The notes below the pieces were generated by a model. The model was not told where the DNA came from. It saw only the letters and a list, made by a program, of their open reading frames with translations, and did no database searches. A DNA stretch of 64,000 nucleotides from NCBI GenBank assembly GCA_963790025.1, contig CAWBMP010000004.1:448001-512000 (forward strand), in the 5' to 3' direction. Made by a program: the position numbers and the translations under genes. This document shows, piece after piece, positions 50,248-58,471 of this stretch (positions within the stretch are counted from its first letter, which is position 1; every line of letters starts with the position of its first letter). The stretch is from Nitrospirota bacterium. Lineage in GTDB: Bacteria; Nitrospirota; Thermodesulfovibrionia; Thermodesulfovibrionales; Dissulfurispiraceae.

Positions 50248-52639
50248 AAAACCGGCCAAGGGCAAAGGGGAAAGGGCAAAAGGCAAAGGACAGACAACTG
50301 TAGAGATTGCCGATAAAGCCATTACTACCATAAAAGGTCTTGTAAACGGCGAAAGAGTTCCATCCCGAATACTCGAAGAACAGATTCAGCAGGCAGTGCA
50401 GGACGGCAAACGTGAAATTCGCATCATAGCCGATGGACAGCATGGCATTGGCGGCAGAATCTGGCCGAGAAATGAAACAGTGAAAATAACGGTCGAAGGC
50501 ACCGCCGGACAACGTCTCGGCAGCATGGGAATGCCCGGCACCGAGATTATAGTCAAGGGGAGCGCCTCCGATGATGCAGGATGGCTTAACTGCGGCGCCC
50601 GGATAACTGTTCTTGGCGACGTGACTAACGGCGCCTTCAATGCTGCGGCCCAGGGGGTCCTTTACGTCCAGGGCAGCGGCGGCGCACGGTGTGACACTAT
50701 AACAAAGAATAATCCCCGCTTTGAACCTCCACAATCGTGGTACTTCAGAAATGTGGGAGATTCCTTTGCCGAATTCAAGGCCGGCGGCATTGCCGTGGTA
50801 TGCGGTGTCAATCCCAGAAATCCTGAAAATATACTTGGATACCGTCCCTGTGTCGGAATGGTGGGGGGCGCCATTTATTTCCGCGGCCCTATACAAGGTT
50901 ACAGCGAAAAGGATGTAAAGCTACTAGACTTGTCGGCGCAGGACTGGGAATGGCTCAGAGACAATATGAAGACATACCTCGAAGCCATTGACAGAATGTC
51001 CTACTACAGCGAGTTGACCCGCTCGGCTGACGACTGGAAAAAGCTTGTGGCATATACGCCGCAGGAGAAACGGTCGAGAAAATGGTTCAAGGTATCAACC
51101 GCTGATTACAGAAAAAATATGTGGGAAAAGGAAGTCGGACAAGGCGGCATCTTTGCGGAATTTTTAGATCATGACCTTACACTGCTGCCCTACATTACTA
51201 CCGGAGCGGACAGACGCAATAAGCCTATATGGACCAATGAAAAATACAACCCTCCCTGCGCATATGCATGCCCGACCCATATCCCTACACACAAGCGGGC
51301 CGCGCTGATACGGCAGGGCCTGCTCCAGGAGTCCCTCGAACTCGTATTGAGATACAGCCCGCTTCCTGCAACAGTTTGCGGCCAAATATGCCCCAACCCC
51401 TGCATGGAGAGTTGTACAAGAGGCCGGATCGACAAGCCTTTACAGATCGATAAGCTAGGGAGCCTCTCCTTGGACCTGCCCGCCCCAAAAAAAGAGCGGC
51501 CGACAGGCCATACCGTGGCGGTCATCGGCGGAGGGCCGGCTGGCCTCAGCGCTGCGTGGCAGCTCTCTTTGAAAGGGCATACGGTTGACCTCTATGAATC
51601 GACAGGCAAGCTGGGCGGCAAGATCGAACTCTGCATCCCGAGAGAACGCCTTCCCCATGCCATACTCGAAAAGGAACTTTCGCGTTTCAGCGAGCTCGGG
51701 GTAAACGTCCACCTGAATACTCCTGTAGACAGGGACATGTTCGATGAAATTTATAAAAACCACGAACTCGTTGTGGTTGCCGTCGGCGCTCAAAGACCAA
51801 GGACCATCGCCTTCCCGGGCTCGGAGAACACCATATCAGCGTATGACTTCCTGAGGGAGATCAACAGCGGAAAGCTGCCTGATCTGAGAGGGCAGAAAGT
51901 GGTCGTAATCGGTGCGGGCAATGTGGGCATGGATGCCGCTTCCGAGGCATACAATTACGGCGCTGAATCTGTCATCGCCGCTGATATCCAAAAACCAGCG
52001 GCATTCGGGAAAGAGATGGAAAACGCAACCGCTAAAGGAACACAAATCCTATGGCCCAAATTCACCGAGCGCTATGACAAGGAAGAGAAAAAACTGTATT
52101 TCAATGACGGCTCATCGCTAGATGCGGACCTTGTGGTAATTTCCATTGGGGATACGCCGGTACTCGATTTCCTGCCGCAAGGCGTCCATACCGAAAAAGG
52201 CTGGCTGGCAGTGAATGAAATAAATCAGACTTCGGATGTCAAAGTCTTTGCCATAGGTGACGCTACAAGTCTGGGGCTCGTCACTAATGCCATTGGACAG
52301 GGAAGACTCGTAGCAGAGACTATACATTATCAGATGATGCATGCGCCTCGCCAACCTGAGGTCAAACAGGTAATCCCTTACGATCGTATAAAAAAAGAAT
52401 ACTATGACGTGTGCACCGGCGATTTCCAGCCGGATAAGGAAGCAAACAAATGCATGTCCTGCGCCACCTGCCGTGACTGCCACATGTGCGAGGCCACCTG
52501 CTATTGGGGTGCGATAAGCAGAATTGAGCACGAAGGCGGGACATATGAATACGTAGTAGATGAGGACAAATGCATCGGATGCGCCTTCTGCGCAGGCATT
52601 TGTCCCTGCGGCGTATGGGAGATGGTGGAGAACATATAA
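50237..52639 (+). CDS. GXGXG (GltB C-terminal) domain fused to a GltD-like FAD/NAD(P) oxidoreductase and ferredoxin
   Basis: GQHGIGG / GQRLG beta-helix, PPC...CP, IGGGPAG, IGAGNVGMD, C-terminal CxxCxxC clusters. Confidence 0.86.
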   Translation: MRVKKPAKGKGERAKGKGQTTVEIADKAITTIKGLVNGERVPSRILEEQIQQAVQDGKREIRIIADGQHGIGGRIWPRNETVKITVEGTAGQRLGSMGMPGTEIIVKGSASDDAGWLNCGARITVLGDVTNGAFNAAAQGVLYVQGSGGARCDTITKNNPRFEPPQSWYFRNVGDSFAEFKAGGIAVVCGVNPRNPENILGYRPCVGMVGGAIYFRGPIQGYSEKDVKLLDLSAQDWEWLRDNMKTYLEAIDRMSYYSELTRSADDWKKLVAYTPQEKRSRKWFKVSTADYRKNMWEKEVGQGGIFAEFLDHDLTLLPYITTGADRRNKPIWTNEKYNPPCAYACPTHIPTHKRAALIRQGLLQESLELVLRYSPLPATVCGQICPNPCMESCTRGRIDKPLQIDKLGSLSLDLPAPKKERPTGHTVAVIGGGPAGLSAAWQLSLKGHTVDLYESTGKLGGKIELCIPRERLPHAILEKELSRFSELGVNVHLNTPVDRDMFDEIYKNHELVVVAVGAQRPRTIAFPGSENTISAYDFLREINSGKLPDLRGQKVVVIGAGNVGMDAASEAYNYGAESVIAADIQKPAAFGKEMENATAKGTQILWPKFTERYDKEEKKLYFNDGSSLDADLVVISIGDTPVLDFLPQGVHTEKGWLAVNEINQTSDVKVFAIGDATSLGLVTNAIGQGRLVAETIHYQMMHAPRQPEVKQVIPYDRIKKEYYDVCTGDFQPDKEANKCMSCATCRDCHMCEATCYWGAISRIEHEGGTYEYVVDEDKCIGCAFCAGICPCGVWEMVENI

Positions 52640-52643
52640 AAAC

Positions 52644-52739
52644 AGGTAAAGGCAGAGGTAGAGGCAGAGATAAAGCACAAAGGATATGGATTCTTATTAT
52701 TTGTTTTTTACTATACCTATGCCTTTACCTGTGCCTATA
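52644..52739. repeat. Inverted pair of hexamer tandem arrays (AGGTAG/AGGCAG)n ... (TACCTA/TGCCTT)n
   Basis: aggtaaaggcagaggtagaggcagag ... tatacctatgcctttacctgtgcct. Confidence 0.7.
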
Positions 52740-52747
52740 GTTGGAGA

Positions 52748-52824
<77 letters not shown>

Positions 52825-53357
52825 CTTTTCCAATTTATTTCATTAGGTTTTTTCGTGTGAAAGTGGTCAAAAGCAGTTTCGTGGGAGTTTCATGGGAAAG
52901 ATAAATTAATATCTTTATAATAGGTGGAAATTCCTGGGCAGTTCGGACAGGCATTCCGATTTGGTTCGGACAGTTAAGCCGTCTCTGATACTACATATAA
53001 CCCGCTTTTCTCGCTCGATTAACTCAGACAAACTTCCTCACAGTACCACTCGGTTGTTGCAACATTTCATAACTGAGGGGTACGTCCCGTAACTTCGCTG
53101 AACTGCCGAACCCCAAGCTGAACTCTTGCATTGAGCCGGTACTGGAATCATATTTTGCCCGCGTGAAATGCCGGAAGAAACCTTCATTAATGCTGCTCTC
53201 AGAAGAAGTGGTCCGGCATTCTCAGCGAGCGATAAAACTTTCACCGACTACTCCTCATAGTCCAAATCCTTGCAACAGTAAAGATTTACGGAAGAAACCT
53301 GGATAACAAAAAAATAACGCGTTGGCTTTATACTCTTCCATTAAGCAATGCTGCAAT

Positions 53358-53843
53358 CTATTCTTCCAAATTAGAATCGATATGATAGTTAAATTTCTGC
53401 TCTGCTTCTCTAATGAATTTTCTTATTTGAAGAAGTTCCGTTTCTTCTTTAAAAGATATTTTTTGACTTCCGTCGTCGGTAACAATGAGTAAATAATATA
53501 TTTTCTTAAATACTTCTTTTATCAGCACAGCACCGATAAAAACAAGTGGCGCTCCGAAAGCAAAAAACTTATATCCGTTGTGTTGATTGAGAGACGTATT
53601 CCCTTGCATAGCGTCAATGAGAAATCCAATAATAGGAAAAAAGAAGATCATCCCACCGCCAATAAGAATTATACCTATTATCAGTTGAGCTATGGGACGG
53701 TTTGCACTTGTCCCATAATTCAAGGTGATGCTTCGTATTGCCTTTTTGGGTATGAATGCAACTGCCTTTCCATTATCGAGCTCACGTATTTCGTTGCCCG
53801 AGACCTCAACACCAGAAAAACTTAATGAGCTATCTATTTGCAT
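53358..53843 (-). CDS. Hypothetical membrane protein (2 TM)
   Basis: 161 aa AT-rich ORF with two hydrophobic segments; TGGTATAAT extended -10 just upstream. Confidence 0.65.
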   Translation of the reverse strand: MQIDSSLSFSGVEVSGNEIRELDNGKAVAFIPKKAIRSITLNYGTSANRPIAQLIIGIILIGGGMIFFFPIIGFLIDAMQGNTSLNQHNGYKFFAFGAPLVFIGAVLIKEVFKKIYYLLIVTDDGSQKISFKEETELLQIRKFIREAEQKFNYHIDSNLEE

Positions 53844-53972
53844 TTGGATTTCGCTAGATTATACCAAATTCAAGTTTACATAGTTCAGAAGCAGAACTCT
53901 TGCCACTCATCTCCACCGACAACTACTCAGCCCAGGTATTTCATCGAGAACGTTGCTTTCCGCAAGAAACCA

Positions 53973-54013
53973 GCATAACGATAAGCTAACCCAATCGCCG
54001 ATTGAGCTATTTA
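53973..54013 (-). other. Degenerate short attC-like site
   Basis: Minus strand after the stop: TAAATA-GCTCAATCGGCGATTG-GGTTAGC-TTATC-GTTATGC; L and R' boxes recognisable, R'' poor. Confidence 0.45.
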
Positions 54014-54589
54014 GCTGCTGGTTCTTTTAGGATCGGTGTCCATTGAAACTCTTCTGCGCAAAGGTGAAAAATAGACAGCTGGAATTAACGAAAAAAATAT
54101 CCAATGGCCTGAAAAGCCACGCAGTTCATAGGAGCGAAAACGATAGAATTCTTGCTCAGACAACTCCCGGATTATGTGCCCGTGACTTGTAAGATAGTAT
54201 TTACCATTTTCAGCATCTGGGCCGCCACCTTCGGAGTTTTTGAAGAATAAACCAAAATTAATGAGCATATAGATGAATGCCGCTGTATATAGAATGCGAA
54301 TCGTTATGGGTACTGACCGGATGATTTCAGCCATATATGTCTGGTCTGCACTTTTCGAATTGTACCACAATGTAAAGCAACTTTCCTCTGGCTCGCGTGC
54401 CGGTCGTTTACTCTTTTGTTTTGCAACGAGATTTATAATCATTGCACCAAATACAATCATTACGCCCAGATGTAGCGGCCATGCGACGCTCATAGAAAGC
54501 CTATCAGACGGGATAAATGTACTGATATGGCATACGAGGCTTAACGCTAGCATTGTACTTGATAAAATATAAAAGAAATTTAGCAACAA
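54011..54589 (-). CDS. Hypothetical membrane protein (4 TM), cassette-like
   Basis: AAGGAG SD plus TTG start; GTTCGTGC upstream; attC-like site at the stop. Confidence 0.7.
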   Translation of the reverse strand: MLLNFFYILSSTMLALSLVCHISTFIPSDRLSMSVAWPLHLGVMIVFGAMIINLVAKQKSKRPAREPEESCFTLWYNSKSADQTYMAEIIRSVPITIRILYTAAFIYMLINFGLFFKNSEGGGPDAENGKYYLTSHGHIIRELSEQEFYRFRSYELRGFSGHWIFFSLIPAVYFSPLRRRVSMDTDPKRTSS

Positions 54590-54810
54590 TGTCTCCTTGC
54601 CTGGAAATAGTAGTTAGACCGTTAATCGCACGAACAATCGTTAGTCCGATAAGTTTCGTCTTTTCACATAGTTCATTTCCGATAATAACTTACACTATTT
54701 TGACGATTTTGAAAAGCGAGGGTTACAGGAAGGACCTCTGCGGAACCAATACCGACGACTACGCAGGTATCGAGGAGTTGCAACTACTGAAGATTTATGG
54801 AAGAAATTCG

Positions 54811-54899
54811 CAGTACCGATTTAAATGAAGCCAAGGGCAACCAGCACGTGAAAAGAACCACAGAGGCTATTCACTGTCGGCTCGATTGATTTGTTGGGC
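54811..54899 (-). other. attC-like site
   Basis: Minus strand GCCCAAC-AAATC-AATCGAGCCGAC ... GGCTTCATTT-AAATC-GGTACTG; R' mutated (GGT for GTT). Confidence 0.6.
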
Positions 54900-54922
54900 A
54901 TTCTTTATTTCTTCAATACAGC

Positions 54923-55300
54923 TTAGAATAGGCGAAACCATGATAACTTTGAGCCTATAGCTTCGCTGATCATAATTAAAATAAAATGATCTCTTTGCTT
55001 CAGTGTCTTGTATGCCTCTTTATAAGTCTCTTTCAGATCTTTATTTGTTTCTATATCTCTTTTGTACATCCGCTCAATTAAGCCTTGTATCTTTTTTTCA
55101 TATTCCGGCTGCGGTATTTCAGCTTCACATTGTTCGCTAAGCTCTATGTCCACAACAAAAGATGGTTCTGTTTCAGACCATGACAACATGTAGCGTTGTG
55201 CTTTGGATAGCGGTGCCCCTTCGTGTTCTGCTTGCTGTATGATCTTGTTTACAAAAAAAGCTTTAGCTGTATATTGACTATCGACTGGCATATCTGTCAT
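54923..55300 (-). CDS. Hypothetical protein, integron-cassette-like
   Basis: AAGGAGG SD; flanked by GTTCGGCAT upstream and ATGCCCAAC downstream (near-complementary cassette ends). Confidence 0.72.
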   Translation of the reverse strand: MTDMPVDSQYTAKAFFVNKIIQQAEHEGAPLSKAQRYMLSWSETEPSFVVDIELSEQCEAEIPQPEYEKKIQGLIERMYKRDIETNKDLKETYKEAYKTLKQRDHFILIMISEAIGSKLSWFRLF

Positions 55301-55368
55301 TTCCTCCTTTTGTCATGCCGAACAATTACTATACCCTGCCGCATTTTCTGATCCTTGATCGCAATAAT

Positions 55369-55397
55369 AGCATAGCGATCACAACTTTTGAAGGCAA
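55369..55397 (-). promoter_or_regulatory. Putative sigma70 promoter upstream of the cassette GTT site
   Basis: TTGCCT-N17-TATGCT on the minus strand. Confidence 0.5.
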
Positions 55398-55555
55398 AAC
55401 TGAATAGAATCAAGATGGCACTCACTTCTTGAAATGGCTTCTCCTGATATTACTGACTAAAAGCCATCATGGTAAAAAATGGGAAAATTGGTTTACGAAA
55501 GTAACCATCGGATCGAAAGTCACTGCTACAACGAAGGGTTACAGGAAGCAATTTC

Positions 55556-56011
55556 TTATTGTTTCCCTGTATCAGGTTCCCATCCAGAAGATGCTGTAGC
55601 CTCTATCGCTTTGCATAGTTCTTTTGCACTATCGGGACACCTCAGGCGGGTGTTGTTAATGATTTTTTGAAGCACATCAACAGATATTGTCATGTCAATA
55701 TGCTTTAAAACAAAATTCTTAAATCTTTTGTCAGATGAGCATAGTTCCCGGAGTCTTTCAAAATGCTTCCAATCATCTGCCAAAAGCCGTCCGACAGCAT
55801 CGCTAAATCCCTCAGCTATTGCGCCATCATCGCAATGAGCAAAACGCTTATAAAATCCGTAGGCAATATCCCAAGTCTTAAGATTATCTGTTTCACCTTC
55901 GGCTTGATATGCTTCCTCTTTGGCGCAAACCTTTTGTGCTGCATCAACTGGAGGGCATAAATTCAGACTCATAATTAAAATAACAATAATTCGAAGCATA
56001 AGTTTATTCAC
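55556..56011 (-). CDS. Exported Cys-containing hypothetical protein
   Basis: GGAGG SD plus GTG, signal peptide, CDDGAIAEG segment. Confidence 0.7.
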   Translation of the reverse strand: MNKLMLRIIVILIMSLNLCPPVDAAQKVCAKEEAYQAEGETDNLKTWDIAYGFYKRFAHCDDGAIAEGFSDAVGRLLADDWKHFERLRELCSSDKRFKNFVLKHIDMTISVDVLQKIINNTRLRCPDSAKELCKAIEATASSGWEPDTGKQ

Positions 56012-56274
56012 TGAACCCCCTCCATGAATTACCGTTTGAAAGCTGCACAATTATATCACGCGCTGAGGGCGTTGTTTACAGGAAGAAGTTAAAAAAGTTA
56101 TCCGTCGCCTATGCCGGACCTTTTTTGATCATGGTACGGGATAAAATGCGCGTTTCCATTAAAAGGCCGTCTGGTGCACCAGTCCTTCTGAAGTCCGCTA
56201 TGTAGCGTTTTCACCATAGGCTCAAGGTTTCAGCTGGAAAAAAACACTATGAGGTGAGTAAGGACATGTTATCC

Positions 56275-56352
56275 GTGAACTCCCCTGCGGCAGAAACCGC
56301 AGTATGTCAAAAGCCAAGGCACTACCCTGTGGCAGAGACTACAGGGAGTTCA
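56275..56352. repeat. Twin-hairpin palindromic element (REP-like / IS200-IS605-end-like)
   Basis: TGAACTCCC...GGGAGTTCA outer inverted repeat enclosing related hairpins CTGCGGCAGAAACCGCAG and CCCTGTGGCAGAGACTACAGGG. Confidence 0.55.
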
Positions 56353-56393
56353 TGCAACTTAAAGTAGTCTTCCTTATAGTATGGACAACCTTT

Positions 56394-56975
56394 CTATCGC
56401 GAGGGATTCCGGGCCTTCTCGGCTATTTGATCGGCTGGCGTGATGCCCTTGCAGTCGGAGCCGAGATACTTCATTTGTATCTCGCTCCGCATGGTGTGGC
56501 GGTTACCCTGATTATCAGTCGTTGTCATATCCATGCGTGTAGTCACCGTATCGCTGCTGACGGTACTTTCGCCCTTGCCGATCATGGTGCCTCTCCTAGT
56601 GGTACAATTGATCTCAAAACTGGTCTTGTTGCCGCTGCGGCTTACTCTGGTCGGTTCGCAGTCGCCCTTGGCGTCAACCATAGGCTTGTCCTTGGCCGCC
56701 ATAGCCGGGCTGATGCAAATTTGCATTCCGCCGCCGGAGAGCAAGCCTTGGTTACCCATCATGGCTTGCATCTGCTCACGCTGAACAGGGGACATATTGG
56801 CCAATGCTTGCTGCATTTTGGCCTGGGCCGAGGCTATCTGCGCAGTCATGTCACGGCCATCCATGATTTGGCTGATCGGCTTATATTCCCATAGGCCAGG
56901 CTTCAAGCCGGAATTTTGCGCAAATGCTGTCCCACTCAGGAGTGTGATAAGAATTACCAAGATTGTTTTTTTCAT
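56394..56975 (-). CDS. DUF3617-like exported protein
   Basis: Signal peptide, LKPGLWE, Q/M-rich helix, QICIS, terminal YLGSDC; AGGAGG SD. Confidence 0.75.
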   Translation of the reverse strand: MKKTILVILITLLSGTAFAQNSGLKPGLWEYKPISQIMDGRDMTAQIASAQAKMQQALANMSPVQREQMQAMMGNQGLLSGGGMQICISPAMAAKDKPMVDAKGDCEPTRVSRSGNKTSFEINCTTRRGTMIGKGESTVSSDTVTTRMDMTTTDNQGNRHTMRSEIQMKYLGSDCKGITPADQIAEKARNPSR

Positions 56976-56996
56976 GCTTGCCTCCTAATGGCAATA

Positions 56997-57097
56997 GGTT
57001 AATAGCCGCTTTAGCCCCGTCATCGGGATTGCCACCAACCTCGGCGACATATGCTTAGCAAATCCATAGATCATCGCCGGCTAAACAGACGTTGGCT
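56997..57097 (+). other. attC-like inverted repeat (plus orientation)
   Basis: GGTTAAT-AGCC-GCTTTAGCC ... GGCTAAA-CAGAC-GTTGGCT. Confidence 0.4.
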
Positions 57098-57508
57098 ATA
57101 GGAGATCCAGGCGCTTGCGTATTATGATAGCTGGAGATATTGCGTTTTGCAAGTGCTCCTGTGAAAGTTCTCCTGTGAAACTACTGTCAGAAGGAAAACT
57201 ATTGGACCACATTCCTTCCTGTTATCATCGGCGATAGTTTACGACCGGAAGTCAACGCTTGTCCCCGTTCAAGTTATCTTGACTCAAAGCCATCAGGTAG
57301 GGTATAACAAATCTGCTGGGGGAGTACATTTAGACAGAAAAATCGATACCACCGCAATAGTAAAATTATTCGTCCTGACAAATACAATAAATCAAATAGT
57401 TACAAGAGGCGCGATTTTCCTACAGATCACAAGAGATTAGAATTGTCGGAATTATCGAGTTAACTGCTTAATGACTTGTTGAGAAGAGCTCGGTGAAGTG
57501 TTTCGCAA

Positions 57509-57979
57509 ATGAACGGGAAAAAATTCCTTGAACTCAAAATTCCTCCACCCTTAGTTTTTGCGGTATTCGGAGGCCTTATGTGGACACTTTCACGGCTCGT
57601 GCAAGCCGCAGATTTTTCGTTCCTGTCGAATACCGTTATTGCTCTGGCTATAGCCGGAGTTGGTGGCGTATTTGCGGTACCGGCTATAGTATCATTTCTG
57701 CTCGCAAGGACGACGATACATCCGCATAAACCGCGTGAAACCCGGAAATTGATTGTTACCGGCGTCAACGCTATTACGCGAAATCCCATGTACTTGGGAC
57801 TGCTGCTCGTGCTGATAGCCTGGGCGATATACCTGTCCAATATCTTATCATTTGTGCCGCTTCCGTTTTTTGTTGCCTATCTCAATCGGTTCCAGATCAG
57901 ACCTGAAGAAAGAGCGCTCGCTGATAGATTTGGAAGCGAGTATGAGGCATACTGTAACCGCGTACGCCGGTGGCTGTAA
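57509..57979 (+). CDS. Isoprenylcysteine carboxylmethyltransferase (ICMT/PEMT) family membrane protein
   Basis: LELKIPPP, TT..P, TRNPMYLG, QI.PEE..L...FG..Y..Y...VRRW. Confidence 0.88.
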   Translation: MNGKKFLELKIPPPLVFAVFGGLMWTLSRLVQAADFSFLSNTVIALAIAGVGGVFAVPAIVSFLLARTTIHPHKPRETRKLIVTGVNAITRNPMYLGLLLVLIAWAIYLSNILSFVPLPFFVAYLNRFQIRPEERALADRFGSEYEAYCNRVRRWL

Positions 57980-58471
57980 CTCAGCGTCAAGGTATGACGA
58001 GAGAAGAATGGCAATCATTATAATTGAAAATCAGCAAGAAACAATATAGCGATTTTCACCAAGCCGTTAAATCGTATTCTATTGAAGTATGATGGCTCTA
58101 AGGAGACGTTCGAGTCACACGTTCTGTAGCGCAGGGCTCCACTCATCGTTCATCCACCTTTCTTTCGAAAACCTACAATAGTTTCGTCACCTAATAACTA
58201 TTGACAAGTCGGTGTACTTCCTGAAACACGCACAAATAGCAATTTGCTGAATATGTTTAATGCGGGTAGAAGCTATCAACATCGGATTTCCCCGATGCTA
58301 CTTAATAATCGAGAATGCCGACAATACAGCAAATACGTTATGTTCCATCGGAAACGCTCACCCCTCACATGCGGAGTACTTCTAAGAGCAGCTATTACTT
58401 AAAAACGTAAAGAGCCTTACACCTTTTGTAAATAGAATCTGATAAAATAGCCCCACCAGGGGGATTAGTAG

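Noticed and set aside
53100..56100. CRISPR array or intact prophage/integrative element after tRNA-Pro
   Set aside because: Repeats are degenerate and separated by whole genes; no cas, integrase or phage structural genes, and no duplicated tRNA 3' end seen
56980..57110. c-di-GMP or other riboswitch upstream of the DUF3617 gene
   Set aside because: Hairpin present but I could not match riboswitch consensus elements; an attC-like reading fits better; an Rfam scan would settle it
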